Below are positions 1-31,660 of a stretch of 64,000 nucleotides of DNA, piece by piece (within the stretch, counting starts at the first letter, position 1; the number at the start of each line of letters is the position of its first letter). Source of the stretch: Lama guanicoe (lineage: Eukaryota); NCBI GenBank assembly GCA_013239625.1, contig MU053933.1:1056001-1120000 (forward strand), in the 5' to 3' direction. The notes under the pieces were generated by a model. It searched no databases. It was given only the letters and a program-made list of their open reading frames with translations, and was not told the DNA's origin. A program made the position numbers and the translations under genes.

Positions 1-434
1 CAAACCCAATTTTCTCCTAAAACCAAGCAGATCCTTACTGAAAGCACGCCCTGCGCCTGGTGCAGCGCTGACGAGGTCAGGCTCCTCTACGCGGACCTTG
101 GCCAGGTCGCCCCCACGTGGCTCTGGGCACCCCATTCTGTCCCAGGCCCACCCCCCGTTCCTGGACTTTTCTGTCCAATCGGCCCCCGGCCTGGGGCGGC
201 CCGGATGCCCCTGTGGGAAGCAGCCCTCAGCAGCTCACGAACAGCTCTGTTTTCAGATCAGTGTTTAAAGTAAAACAAGGCACTTAGGAAAAATATGAAG
301 CATCCAGCTTTTGATACACAAAACGATTTGTTTCCAAGCGCCGTGGGAAAGCCCACACCAAAACAGTATCTTCAAATCAAAAAGCGAATGTTTCAGTCAC
401 ACACAGTACACTCATCAAACACTGTTTTGCTCGA

Positions 435-440
435 TGTATT
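435..440 (-). terminator. Candidate non-canonical poly(A) signal AATACA for WDR4
   Basis: No AATAAA/ATTAAA seen on the minus strand in 1-1127. This AATACA is followed (minus sense) by GU/U-rich gtgtttgatgagtgtactgtgtgtg...ctttttgatttg. Confidence 0.3.
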
Positions 441-1127
441 TCGGAATTAGTTCCACGTGTCGCTGCTAAACTTCCAGAAGCTGCGGAAAAGCTCATCTTT
501 ATGATCAGTGATTAGACTTCAGCTGACACGGCCGCTCTCCAACACACGAACAAGTTCAAATCAACATCACGAACACACACATCGCCCATCCTCTCCCCGT
601 AGAGCACGCATCCAGCCAGGACTCCCCCGTCCTCACACGTCCGCAGACAAGCCCACTGTTTCCACGACGTCCCTAGGGGGCACCTGAGCTATTTAACTCC
701 TCTGAGGTCTCAACATGGAGGCCCAAGGCGAGGGGCTGCCTGCTGGGCGGTGTGGAGGACCACCGGCAGACGAGGAGACAGGAGTACATGCTCCCCCATG
801 CTGCTGTGAAGCGGGCGCGGCCGGCATGGGAGGTGCTGCGGGACGAGCGGGAGGGATGGGGGCCACGACCAGGGGTGACATCCCTCCAGCGCGAAGGGAA
901 GGGGCTCTGTCCGAGGCACTTCCGGCTCACAGGGAGCATCTCCAGTTCAGCTGACACACGGCACGACTTCCTTCAGCCAGAGGGGCTCAGGACTCAGGCA
1001 GAAGAGCCTCTGCTCGGTAACAGCGTTCTAGAGCCCAGGTGACGGCCCCCGGGCGCGGGCTGAGGGCAGGACTGCCCTGCCCCCGGGCCCTCCACGGCTG
1101 CGCGCTGTCTCGGGTGCCGCCCGGCCT

Positions 1128-19438
<18,311 letters not shown>

Positions 19439-19989
19439 ATGCTCGCCCGCCGCGCCGCCACCCACGTGCACCGCTCAGCGCCTCTTCCAGCGGGCGCCGG
19501 CTAGTGACGTCACGCGCAGACGCAGCGCGGTGGCGTAGTCCGGTCCCGCCCCCGCGGGCGCGCCAGTCCCGGGCATGCGCAGAAGGCGCTCTCTCGCTTC
19601 ATTTCCCCCCCCCCATCCGGCGTTTGCGCTCTGCTGGTTCCAGTTGGTCGCGGAGCAGATTTGCCCGGATGGCGTACACTTGCTTGTTTAGTGCTCGTCT
19701 CTGCCTCCGGACCGGGCAGGGCCGGTTCTGGGTCTCTCTCCGCCTGTGGCTGGGCGACTTGGCTCTTAGTAAATATTCCTTCAAGAAACGAGAGGGTGTG
19801 GGTTGGTATCCGGGTCCGGGACGTGGTGTCGGGTGCGTTCGGAGGAGGGCTCCGAGCTGAGGTCGCTGGAGGGAGCCCGCGTAAGCCCTGCACTTAGGTT
19901 AGCCGGACACGCCTGAAACGCAAAGCCTCTCAGCTGCTATTTCTCAATCCAAGATGGGGCTCTTTTCCAGGGAGTCACGCGGGATGATT

Positions 19990-20712
19990 TCTCGGGACTC
20001 GCCGCCCCCACATGCCACACTGTTCATCTAATCACTTAAATCCTTCTGGACGCCCCATCTCCATGGCCTCCGCCACGGCACAGACCACAGCAGTCCCGCT
20101 GCTCGCTGGTCTCACGTCTGCCTCGTCCCTCCCACGGACCCCACAGACCCACTTTACACGCTGAAGCCAGAGAGAGCTTTATCAGAACACAATTCCAACC
20201 ACTCCATTCCCCTGCAGAAAATCAACAAGAGGCTTCTCGTTAGCCTTAGTACATAATCCAAATCGTAATCTTCCGCTATGAAATACATATGATCTGGCTC
20301 CTACCTACACCGCAGCCCCATTCCCTACCAGGCCCGGTTCGTTGTCTGTGCTCTAGCCCTGACTGCCCCTCCAGTTCATTGGCACAATGCGCTTACTAAC
20401 CACGGGGTCTTAGCACGTGCTATTCTTTAGCCAGAAATGATCTCCCCACACCCTGTCACTTTACTGCCCCTAGTTAATTACATCACCCCATTTCACGCAG
20501 TGGAGACATCACTTAATCAGGAAAGCCTTTCCTGACTCTCCATTATCTCCATCTGCAGCATCTGTTAATCTGTTTAATGTCTGTCTCCAGACTACAAATG
20601 CCATGAAGGCAGGGACTGATTCCGAAGTTGGTGGGTCCCCAATGCCCCAGCTTGCAGCACAGCACTGGCACGAAGTCAGAGCTCAATTAATATTTGCTAA
20701 ATAAATAAATGG
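19990..20712 (+). mobile_element. LINE-2 3' fragment
   Basis: ggaaagcctttcctgact...ccatgaaggcagggact...agcactggcacgaagtcagagctcaattaatatttgctaaataaataaatg resembles the L2 3' end. Confidence 0.7.
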
Positions 20713-22184
20713 AACAACTAATCGACTGTTTTAAAGGATCACCTGTTTTTCCATAAGAGTGAAAGAATTATGATAGGCATGAGGCATAGGAAACTAGAAC
20801 GCTGACCCAAACCCCACCTCCGATTTGACTCAAGGATGAATTTACACCCAAACATTAAGGTAGCTGTTTCTGGCAAAGTGGAATGCTTGGGAAAGCTGGG
20901 CTTCCTTAAAGGCAATGGGGTTAAAGGGGCCTTCATGGAGGCAGAAGATGGAAGACAGTCTGTTTATCACAGAACAAAGAACAAGAGGACTGGTGGAGTA
21001 GGGAGGAAGGGGCAGGAGCAAAGCAGACAGCTCACAGAGCCAGCACGAGGGAGCTTCAGTGGAGGGGCTGACGCTGGGCAGTATCCAGTGGAAGCAGGAG
21101 CCTTCACGGTGTTTCTGAAAATGAATCTGCTATAAACATCATTTCTATTCAGCTAACTCAGCTGGCACAGTGAAAGTCCATACTTTTGGTCTGGGGTGTT
21201 TTCCAGGCACGCAGGTGAATTTACAGTTTCTATTTTGGGTAGGAGAAGAACCAAGACCACAGAGATCCTAGAAAGGGGCTTCCAGGCATCAACCAGGCTC
21301 GAGCAAATTACGCTTCCTTTACAGTCATGATTGACATAAGACGTTCCATAAAACACATTCTAACAGATACAACTAACTGTAATATGCCGTTTTAAACTGG
21401 CCGTGAAGCTTCACTGCCTTCACGTGACAGGTTACAACCTTGAGAAAGAACTACAAGTTTTGTGTAGTTGGAGACCAAATAATAAAGATTTACGAGGAAT
21501 CGTGCATTACATCACAAGACAGAGCACGTACAAATGAAAACTTAAAAATCTGTGCTTCTGTCAGATGTCGGTGAAACTTAATCATTTTGGTCTTTTTGAG
21601 ATGATAAAATCACACTTTGAATTCTTACAGTACTTGTGCCAGCAAGTTTTATTTTCCTCCAAATCTTTTTTTCATCAAATTTCATGATAACCTATACCTT
21701 ATCTTTTTAATCCTAATGAAGTCTAAATTGAAATGTTTTCCAGCTTATTTTTATTTTCACAGTCTTCCCTTTTGTGTCTCTTGGGGGTGCTACTTAAATT
21801 TATTTTATTGTATGCTATCTGAGGTTAATGCATGTCTACAAAGATACTATTTAAGTGACTTTTATCATTAGCACTGTTATATATAAGTAAACTATAATTA
21901 TCAACATTAATATGATGCCTTGATATTTTACTATCTAACTTTTTTTAGCTTATTACCCAAAACTCACTGCTCAAATTTTAGTTCTGGATAATTTGGCTGT
22001 TTTTTTCCTTAAATTTCTTAATGTGGCTAGTTAAGTTATAACCACATTTTCAATTCTCTGAAATTTATAAAACAATGAGGACATATTTACATTTACAGCT
22101 TAGATAAAAATGGAGAGTCATTTGGTTTTCTACCATCTGTCTCAGTAATTTCCTCAAAGGAGTTAGCAACGTTATTTGGTTCAT

Positions 22185-23680
22185 TATCCATTGCTGTAAT
22201 AATGCATAACAAACACAGAATTTGGGGGCCTAAAACAATAAGCATTTAGTTAGCTCATGATTCTGCGGGTTGACCATTTGAGCTGGTCTTAGTTGGGTGG
22301 TTCTGGTGTTGCCGGCCTTGGCTCATGGGTCTGTGGCCTGCCGCCTGGTTAGAAGAACTAGCTGGTCTAGGATGGCTGGGTGGCTCATCTCTGCTCTATC
22401 TGGTCTCTCACCCCCAGAATGGTACTAGACCTTATCTACACGGCAGGCACGACGGCAGGCACGACCAAGGAAAAGTCCGCAAAAACCTCACGAGGTCCAG
22501 GGATGGAGCTGGTGCACTGTTACTTCTGACATTCTGTTGGCCAGAGCAAGTCACAAGGGCAATGAGATCCAAGGGGTGGGGAAGGAAACCCCCCTCCTGA
22601 TGTGGGGGCTGCAAAGTCACATCAGAAAGGGCCTGGAGACCGGGGCAGAGTAGGGGGAAGGGATAAATTGGGAGTTCGAGATTTACAAATACTAGCTACT
22701 ATATATAAGATAGGTTTAAAAAAACAAATCTCTTCTGTAGAGCACAGGGAACTGTATTCAATATCTTGTAGTAACCTATAATGAAAAAGACTATGAAAAT
22801 AAATATATGTACATATATGCATGACTGAAACATTACAGTGTACACCAGAAATTGACACATTGTAACTGACTATACTTCAATTAAAAATAATAAATAAACA
22901 AATGTTTAAAGAAAAAAGACAAGAAGTGATAGGATTCACTGTACTATAGCAACACTACTAGGTATTTGAAAATAAAAGTTTGGTAAATTAAACTGGGGGA
23001 AAAAAATGCCTAGAGAAAGGGATGGGTGGAGAACTGAGGCCAATTCTGAGTCAAATCTACCACAGTCCATTCTCTGGCCTCAGTCTCTCCAACTGAAAAA
23101 CACTCACCTCCTCCCAAGGTCCCCCAAAGTCTCATCCAATCCCAGCAGCAGGCTCAAAGCCCAGGGCCTCGCGGTCTGTACCAGGTTAATGCTGCTCCTC
23201 AGGTGTGGCCTCTCTCAGTCAGAGACCTGCAAACTAAAACCTGAGATGCCTGCCCCACATGCCAACGAGCAATGGCGAGGGGCGGCAGGATAACCATGAT
23301 ACACGCTTCCGTTTGCAAAGCGGAGGAATGGGTTGCACAGAGCGATCGCTGCATCCCAGAAATTCTGAAATCCACTGGGAAATGTCTACAGAGCACACAG
23401 GGGTAGAAAGTGTCCCCTGATGGAGGTGAGTCTGCTTGCTGGGAGAGTTTCCCCAAACTGTAGCCCAACATGACCCTCATCTCTGCCCTCTGGGATAGCA
23501 CCCCCTTTTCCAGCATCCTCTTGGTCACTTTGGAAAATGTGCCCTTTGAGTAACTCTTGACCTCTGCCTGCCCTTAGCAAGTGGGGGCCCAGAGGCCCTT
23601 TTTCTCTTCAAACAGTCCTGTCCCCTTAGGCCAGCAGGTGGTTCTTTGTTCAATACAACTCCCAGAAAGCTTTGTGGGGA
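22185..23680 (-). mobile_element. MLT1 (ERVL-MaLR) LTR plus internal fragment, interrupted by an L1 3' tail
   Basis: cattgctgtaataatgcataacaaac...aaaacaataagcattta...ctcatgattctgcggg...ggctgcaaagtcacat resembles an MLT1 LTR; 23060-23680 resembles MLT1-int. Confidence 0.6.
22640..22915 (+). mobile_element. LINE-1 3' tail (artiodactyl/camelid type)
   Basis: gggataaattgggagttcgagatttac...agcacagggaact...gtaactgactatacttcaattaaaa plus A-rich tail. Confidence 0.85.
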
Positions 23681-26600
23681 AATCAGCATGGTGGCCAAAT
23701 GAGACATCCTTCACTGTGTCCCCCAACTCAATAACAAAAATTTAGCGTCCATTCACAGACAGAAGTGCCATTGTAGGATGTGGGATCCAGCACCATATAC
23801 CAGGGAACCCAGGTGAGTCCTGTCCACCCAAGTCTTGGGTAACAGACACCCAGATGCCAGCCTCAGCTGTGGAGCCTGCAGTGGCCCATGGCCTCTTGAC
23901 CATGGTCTGGGAGCTGTCTTAGACAGTCACCCATGAGTAGGAGCTTGTGTGGGAGTCTGGATTTCCAGTGGATGAGTTCTAGCACATAATTAAAGCAAAA
24001 AAGAGAAAACGATGCAAGTTTGGATGCAATGGAGAGGGTAAGAGAAACAGTTTGACATTACCCGCATCACTCCAAGGCAACACAGCTTAGGGCCAAGAGA
24101 GAGACTCTCAGCCCATGACTTCTCCCACAGGGGGAGTGAGAGCATGTGAGCGAGAGCCCGGCTCCCCGGATGTGCGAGGTGCCGCCAAAGAGATCTCTTC
24201 CTCTCTTGCCTCATTCAGAGTACTGAATCATGAGCTGCGTAGCTGAGGGACAGGAAGAGGCTGGGAGAGCAGAAGACAGGACACTCAGAGGGCATTACAG
24301 GGATGCTGACACTGCTGGCTGCGCTGCGGACTTCATCTAGACACACCTCGCCCGTGGATCTCCCAGCTGGCCCCAGTGCTCAGTGTGCCTCACCCCCACA
24401 CACTCCCACCGTGGGGCCAGCTCCCTGTCTGCACTCCCAAAGGCAGTGAGAGTGTTTTTGTAAATGAATAGTGAACACTCATAGAGAATGGGCCTGATCT
24501 GCAGGCCAAGGAAAGACCACAAGCCTGAGCTTTTGTACCACCTCTGGTGAACAACCGGGAGGCTGTGAGCACTCCCCCAGGTGCACTGCAGGATGGGGAG
24601 AAGGCACACATGCTTAAGAATTCTGCCACAAGAGAGAACAAGAATGTGGAGGAGGCATACCCACAGAAGGGCTGACAAAGTCTCAGACTCGCTCACAGGG
24701 TGGATGGACAGTATCTCTCTCCCAAAGGCAGTTAGTAAAGACCAGAAGAGGTGGTTGCTACCTCAGATGCAAAGATCGCAACACGAAACCTCAAGGAATG
24801 TGAAAAATCAAGGAAACAGGACACCACCAGAGGAGCACACTAATCTTCCACTCCAAAGACATCTATGATTTACTTGATCAAGAATTCAAAATAACTTTTT
24901 AAGGAAAGTCAATGAGCTATAAGAAAACAAAGAAAGGCAATTCAGTGAAATCAGGAAAACAGCACATGAACAAAATGAGAAGTTTCACAGAGACAGAAAT
25001 CGTAAGTGAGAGCCAAACAAAAATTCCAGAGCTGAAGAATACAACGAATGCAGTGAAAATCCATCAACCACAACATGGACCAACCAGGCGAAAGAATCTG
25101 TGAGTCAGAAGGCAGGATCTTTGAAATATTCCAGCCAGTGAAGAACAAAGAAAAAGAATTAAAAATGTGAGTGAAGAAAGCCTATGTGATCTATGGAAAA
25201 CCAACAAAACAGACAACTGGCAAAGTACCGGAGGTGCAGAGGGAGAGGCGGGTGGGGTGGTAGAAAACCTATTTGAAAAAATAATGGCTGAGAAAGATTT
25301 GGGCATCCCAGTTCCTGAAGCTCACAGGCCACCAAACATACTCAACTTAAAAGAGATATCCAGGATACATTATAATAAAACTATGAAAAATCAAAGACAA
25401 AGAGAAAAATTTTAAAAAGTGGGAAGAGAAGAGACACTTGTAATTACAAACCGTCCCCAGAAGGCAGTCAGCAGACTGCTCGGCGGGCTGGTCTTAGAGA
25501 CCAGGGAAGAGGGGGGCGAACATTCAAAGTGCGGGAAGGGAAAACTGCCAACCAAGAACACTATCTGACAAGGCTGTCCTTCAGAAATGAAAACAAAATA
25601 AAGACATTCCCAAACAAAACTGTTGAGGGACTTCATCGCCACTAGACCTGCCTGCAAGAAAAGCTGAAAGAAATTCTTCAAGCTGAAATGAAAGGATGCT
25701 AACTAGTTACATGAAGACATATGAAAATACACAACACAATGGCAAAAGTAAGTAGATAGTCACATTCATATTACTCCTAACACTGTAACACAGAGCTATG
25801 GTAACCACTTAACTTGAGTACAAAGGTTAAAAAGAAGAGTACTAAAAACAACTACAGCTGCAATAATTTGTTAATGAGCACACAATTTAGAAAGGTAAAT
25901 TGTGACATCAAAACCATACAGGGGAGGGAGTAAAAGGGTACAGCTTTTGTATGCAATTGAGTTAAGTTTTAATCAGTGTAAAATTGCTATATCTAAACAA
26001 AGTTTTATGTAAGTCTCATGGTAACCACGAAGCAAAAACCTACAGTAGATTCACAAAAGAAAAAGAGAAGAGAATCAAAGCGTATCACTGCAGGAAAGCA
26101 TCAGTTCACAAAGGAACAGAGCAAGAGAGGAGGAAAGAAACACGGAAACGTCAAAACAGCCAGAAAATAATTAATAAGACTGCATTAATAAGTCCTTACC
26201 TATCAATAATTACTCTAAATGTAAATAGATTAAATTCTCTAATGAAAGGCGTGGAGTGCGTGGATGGCTAAAAAAATAAGACCCAACTATAGCTGGGACA
26301 CACTTCAGCTTAAAGAGCACACATAACTTAAAATGAAGGGATAGAAAAAGAATTTCCATGCAAATGGAAACAAAAAGAGAGCAGGATAGCAATCCTTATA
26401 CAGAGAAGAGAGACTTTAAGCCAAGAGCTGTAATAAGATACAAAGAAGATCATTCTATAATGACAAAGGGGTCAGTTCATCCAGAAGCTGTAACATACGT
26501 CTGTATGTCATAGATACAGATATATACCCACCCAACACTGGAGCATCTAAATATATTAAGCAAATACTAACGGATCTGAAGGGAGAGATGGACAACAGTA

Positions 26601-29045
26601 CAGTAACCACGGAGGGACTTCAGTACCCCACTTCCCACAGCGGCAGGTCATCAGACAGTAAACAAATGAGGAAACGCTGGACTGTAACTTTAGGCCCCAC
26701 TTGGCCTAATACACACACACAGAACATTCCATCCAACAGCAGCAGAACACACATTCTTCTCAAGTGCACAAGGAACGGCCTCCAGGATAGATCATGTGAT
26801 AGGTCATGAAACAAGCCTTACAAATTGAAGAAGACTGAAATCATACTAAGTATCGTTTCCAACCACATTGTATGAAACTAGAAATCAACAACAGGAAAAG
26901 AGCTGGAAGTTCCACAAATACGTGGAAATTGAACAGCACACACCTGAACAGTCAATGGGCCAAATGAGAAATCAAAAGGGAAATCAAAAAATATCTCAAA
27001 ATAGATGAAAATGGAGACGCAATACAGCAAAACTGAAGGTATGCAGCGAAAGAGCACTAGAGGGGGTGTACAGCAGTCAACACCTACATTTAGGGAAAAG
27101 AAAGACCCCAGATAAACGACCTAACTTTGTATCTCAAGGAACTAGAAAAAGAGCAAAGCTCTAAGTTAGCCTGAGGAAGAAAATAACAAAGATCAGAGCA
27201 GAAGTAAATAAAATAGAAACCAGAAAAACAACAGAAAAGATCAATAAAAACAAAGAGCTCGTTTTTCAAAAGATGAAATTGACAAACCTTAAGCTAGACT
27301 AAGAAAAAGAGAGAGAGAGACAGAGAGAGGGCTCACATACATAAAATCAGAAGTGAAAGAGGAGACATCACAACCGATACCACGGACGTATGAAAGATCA
27401 CAAGACCCAAAGTAATAGGCAAGAAATGGATAACCTAGAAGAACTGGACAGACCCCTGTAACGTACAGCCTGTCAGGCCTGAGTCATGACGAAGGAGAAG
27501 AGCTAGACAGACCAACACCAAGAGAGGGGGCGGAGCTGCGACAAGGCTCTCGCAAGCAAAGCAGGTACGTGCTGGCACTAAAATAGACACACAGACAAAC
27601 AGAGAGAACCCAGAGCCAGACGTACACCCACGCATGTACGGTCAACCCGCGTTTAAGAAGGGAGCCTGAATGCTCATGGAGAAAAGGTGGCCTTTCAATA
27701 AACGGTCCTGGGATAACTGGATACTCACACGCAAGAGAATGAAACTGGACCCCTGTCTTACACCACCCACAAAAACTAACCCAAAACGGATTGCAGACTT
27801 AAACATAAGGCCTGAAATCATAAAACTCCTAGAAGAAAACATAGGGAGAAAGCTCCTTGATATTGGTCCAGGCAACGATTGTATGGCTATGACACCAAAA
27901 ACACAGGCAACAAAATAAAAAGTAAACAAGTCAGACACATCAAACTAAAAAGCTTCTCCACAGCAAAAGAAACAACAAAATGAAAAGGCAACCTACTGAA
28001 TGGGACAAAATACTTGCAAATCATACATCTGGTAATGGGTTAATATCCAAAATGTATGAAGAACTCATACCACTCAACAGCAGAAAAATAATCCAATTAA
28101 AAATGGTCAAAAGACCCGAAAAGGCATTTTTCCAAGGAAGATATTCAGAAGGCCAACAGGTACACGCAAAGGTGCTCAACATCACTAATCTCCATGGAAA
28201 TGCAAATCAAAACCACGGTGAGATACCACCTCGCGCCGGTTAGAATGGCCAACATCGCGAAGACAAGAGACAACAAATGCTGGTGGGCATGTGGAGAAAG
28301 GGGCCCCTTGTGCACTGTTAGTAGGAACTTACACTGATGCAGCCACCGTGGGAAACAATGTGGCAGTTCCTCAAAATACCAAAATAAAAGACAGAACTGT
28401 CATATGACCCAGCAATCCTGCTTCTGCGTATAAATCCAAAGGGCAAGAAATCACTCTGTTGAAGAGGTATCTGCACCCTATGTTCACTGCAGCATTATTT
28501 ACAGTGTCCAAGACATGGAAATAACCTTAGTGTCCATCAACAGATGGATGGATAGAGAAAATGTGTTATATGCAGTACCGTGGGTGGACCGTGAGGACAT
28601 TATGCAAAGTGAAATGTCGGAGAAAGACAAATACTGTATTATCTAATTTGTATGTGGAATCTAAAAAAAAAACAAACCCAAACTCATAGATACAGAGAAC
28701 AGATGATGGCTGCTGGAGGTGGGGATGGGAGTTGAATGGGTGAAGAGGTTCAAGAGGGACAAACTCCCAGTTATAAGATAAACAGGTCCTGGAGACATGA
28801 CGTACAGCCTGTGACCATAGTTAATGATACTGTATTGTTAATAATACAGCACTGCAGGTTTGAAAGTTGCTAAGAGAGTAAATCTTGAAAGTTCTCATCA
28901 CAAGAAAAAAAAAATTTGCATCTATGTGTGGTAATGGGTGTTAACCAGACTTACTGTGGTCATCACCGCACACTATAGACAAATACTGAATCACATTGTA
29001 CACACTAATATAATGTTATATGTCAACTGTATTTCAATAAAAATT
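23680..29045 (+). mobile_element. Old near-full-length LINE-1 (5' region, decayed ORF1, EN part of ORF2, ORF2 C-terminus, L1MA-type 3' UTR) with internal deletion of most of RT near 27560
   Basis: ORF1-like ENLFEKIMAE, EN-start SIITLNVNRLNS, C-terminal KRMKLDPCLTPPTKTNPKRIADLNIRPEIIKLLEENIG and MKRQPTEWDKILANH; 3' end tatgtcaactgtatttcaataaaa. Confidence 0.9.
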
Positions 29046-29074
29046 AACATTTTATCGATGAGAGAAAAGAAAGA

Positions 29075-29905
29075 AAATGTAATGTGTATATTATTCAGCC
29101 AAAAAATAAGGTAAATTCTGCCATTTTACAACATGGATGAACCTAGAGGCGAAATAAGGCAGACAGAAAAAGATGAACACTGTATAACCTCATTCATATG
29201 TGCAATCCAAAAACCCCTACTCACAGAAACAGAGCAGACTGGCAGCTGGTGGGAATGAGGCTGGCAGGTGGGAGTCGGGGGGAAATGGGTGAAAATAGTC
29301 AAAGGCTACAAACCTCCAGTTCTAAGATGCGCAAGTCCTGGGCGTGTGATGTCCAGCATGGTGACCACCATTAACAATACTGGGTTGTATACTGGAAAGA
29401 TAACAGAGTATATCTCAAAATTTCTTACCACAATTTTTTAAGACGTATACCTATGTGAGTGAAGGAAGTGTTCACTAACCTTATGGTGGTAATGATTTTG
29501 CAATATATACACCTGACCCTTGAACAGCTCAGGGGTTAGGGGCGCTGATCCCGTGCTCTTGAAAACGCATGTCCAGCTATCTCTACCTGAAAAACAAAGG
29601 AACTGATAAAGGACTCCCCCCAGGGCAGGAAGCCAACACGGTGTGGACAGAATAGGGCTCAAACCCTAGGTCTTCTGAGTCCACATACTAGGATCTCTAA
29701 TCGAACACAAACTTCTCCCCACACTTAGTTGAAGATCTGTAAAGCGAAAATACAGGTACTCAATATATTGAAAAAAGTTCACCATCAGTGAACCCCTGCA
29801 GTTCAAACACTGTTGTTCAAAGGGCCAACTGTTCATATAGCAAATCATCACATGATACACCTTAAACCTGCACAATGTTTTGTCAGTTACGTCTCTATAA
29901 AGCTT
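29075..29905 (+). mobile_element. LINE-1 3' UTR fragment interrupted by a Tigger MITE
   Basis: caacatggatgaacctagagg...atggtgaccaccattaacaatactg...tacaccttaaacctgcacaatgttttgtcag. Confidence 0.75.
29510..29831. mobile_element. Tigger2-family (TcMar) MITE
   Basis: Terminal inverted repeats cacctgacccttgaaca / tgttcaagggccaactg, preceded by TA; internal ggggttaggggcgctgatccc and gaacccctgcagttcaaac match recalled Tigger2 ends. Confidence 0.85.
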
Positions 29906-29957
29906 TGACAATTTCTCCATTAAAAAAATAGTGTCACTCCTAATCTCCCATTCGGTG

Positions 29958-30090
29958 TTTTTTTTTAATTTTGGGGAGGGAGGTAATTAGGTTTACTTCT
30001 TCATCTATTTTTGGAGGAGGTACTGGGGACTGAACCCAGGACCCTGTGCATGCTAAGCATGCTCTCTACCACGTGAGCTACACCCTCCCC
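29958..30090 (-). mobile_element. Vic-1-like SINE
   Basis: Reverse copy gtactggggactgaacccaggacc...atgctaagcatg...gagctacaccctcccc, flanked by TSD-like ccatt(c/t)ggt. Confidence 0.85.
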
Positions 30091-30108
30091 CCATTTGGTT
30101 TTGACACA

Positions 30109-30705
30109 AGTCATGGGTTGAATTATGTTTCCCCCAAGGAAGACATGTTGAAGTCCTAACCCCCAGGAGCTCAGAACACGACCTGATTTGGAGAGAGGGT
30201 CTCTACAGAGGTAATCAAGTTACAATGAGGTTTTTAGTGCAGGCTCTAATCCAACATGATAGGTGTTCTTATAAAAAGTAGAAATTTAGACACACAGACA
30301 TGCACAGAAGGAAGACTCCGTGAAGATACACAAGGAGAACACCTTGCAAAGACGGAGGCAGGGTTTGGACAGATGCAGGGAAACCAAGGAATATTGAGGA
30401 CTGCTGGCCACAAGCTAGGAAGAGGCAAAGAAAAGATTCTACCCAGAGTCACAGAGGTTGAGGGGCCCTTCTGACACCTTGATGTGGGACTCCAACCTCC
30501 AGAACTGTGAGACAATACATTTGGGGGGGGATGTAATTAGGTTTACTTATTTATTTTTAGAGGAGGTACTGGAGATTGAACCCAGGATCTTGGGCAAGTT
30601 AAGCGTGTGCTCTACCTCTGAGCTATACCCTCCCCCCGAACTTCTGTTGTTTAAAGCCACCCAGTTTGTGGCATTTGGTCACAGTAGCCCTAGCAGACTA
30701 ATGCA
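30109..30705 (+). mobile_element. MLT1B/C-like MaLR solo LTR with a nested SINE
   Basis: tgggttgaattatg...gaagtcctaacccccag...cctccagaactgtgagacaatacattt...tttaaagccacccagtttgtgg...agcagactaatgca. Confidence 0.8.
30521..30635 (-). mobile_element. Vic-1-like SINE nested in the MLT1 LTR
   Basis: gaggtactggagattgaacccagg...tgagctataccctcccc. Confidence 0.85.
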
Positions 30706-31534
30706 ACATACATGTTCATTTTGGGGACAGTGGTGTCCTAACAACTGAGTTCTTACTCAGTGGCAGCACTTAGCTACTCGAGTAGTGGGTAGTGACATTT
30801 GTTCATTAGAGGGTTGGAAAGTCTCCAGTAACAGTCCACCTGGTGAGCTGGGAGAAACATGAAGGCGTAGCTTCAAAGCTGCAGGCAGGTTTTATCCTGG
30901 CTGGCCCATCCGGAATGACTGAGAGCAGGGTTATAGCCACAAGATTCGTACACACAAGATCTTGCTGGACAAACCTACTCACCATTTCAGGGGACACAAA
31001 GACAGAATTTCTAGTAGCACTATTGGAATCTATATCTTTTCCATTAAAAAGTGGGCAGCTAAAACCATCATATAACTTTGGAGCACCAAATGCAACAAAG
31101 TATTTGTGGGTTTTTTAGCTCATCGAAGTATATTATGAAATATTTCTTACAAATCAAAAACACACATGTTTGAGAGCAAATGCTCACATACCCACAACAC
31201 ATCTGAAGAACTAATGTTAACTGACAGAACTGAAGCCCCAGACCTCATGCAGACCTCACCCCAGCCCCCCAGTGCCCTCCAGAGGTAGCCACTATCCTAT
31301 TCTTTTGAGTGGCTTGTCCTTCTTGCTAATAAGCAGGAAACACTTTATGTATTTGGATACTAATCCCCATGAGTTAAATGATTTCCCAGCTTGTGACTTC
31401 TCATTTCACTTTTTTTCCCACCATTTAAAAAAAAACTGAAGTAGAGTTGATCTACAATGTTGTATTCGTTTCTGGTCGTTTCACTTTTTGTAGTACCTTC
31501 TGCTAAAGAGAAATTTTGATTTATATATTTCTTT

Positions 31535-31660
31535 CTTTTTGGAGAGGGAAGTGATTCGGTTTATGTATTTATTTATTAACTTAATAAAGGTACTGGGGAG
31601 TGAACCCAGGACCTTGTGCATGCTAAGCATGCGCTCTACCACTGAGCTCCACCCTTCTCC
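31535..31660 (-). mobile_element. Vic-1-like SINE
   Basis: ggtactggggagtgaacccaggaccttgtgcatgctaagcatgcgctctaccactgagct, flanked by agaaatttt repeats. Confidence 0.85.

Noticed and set aside
23680..29045. Active or domesticated L1 ORFs
   Set aside because: Frames are broken into fragments under 100 aa by stops and frameshifts, and the RT core is deleted.
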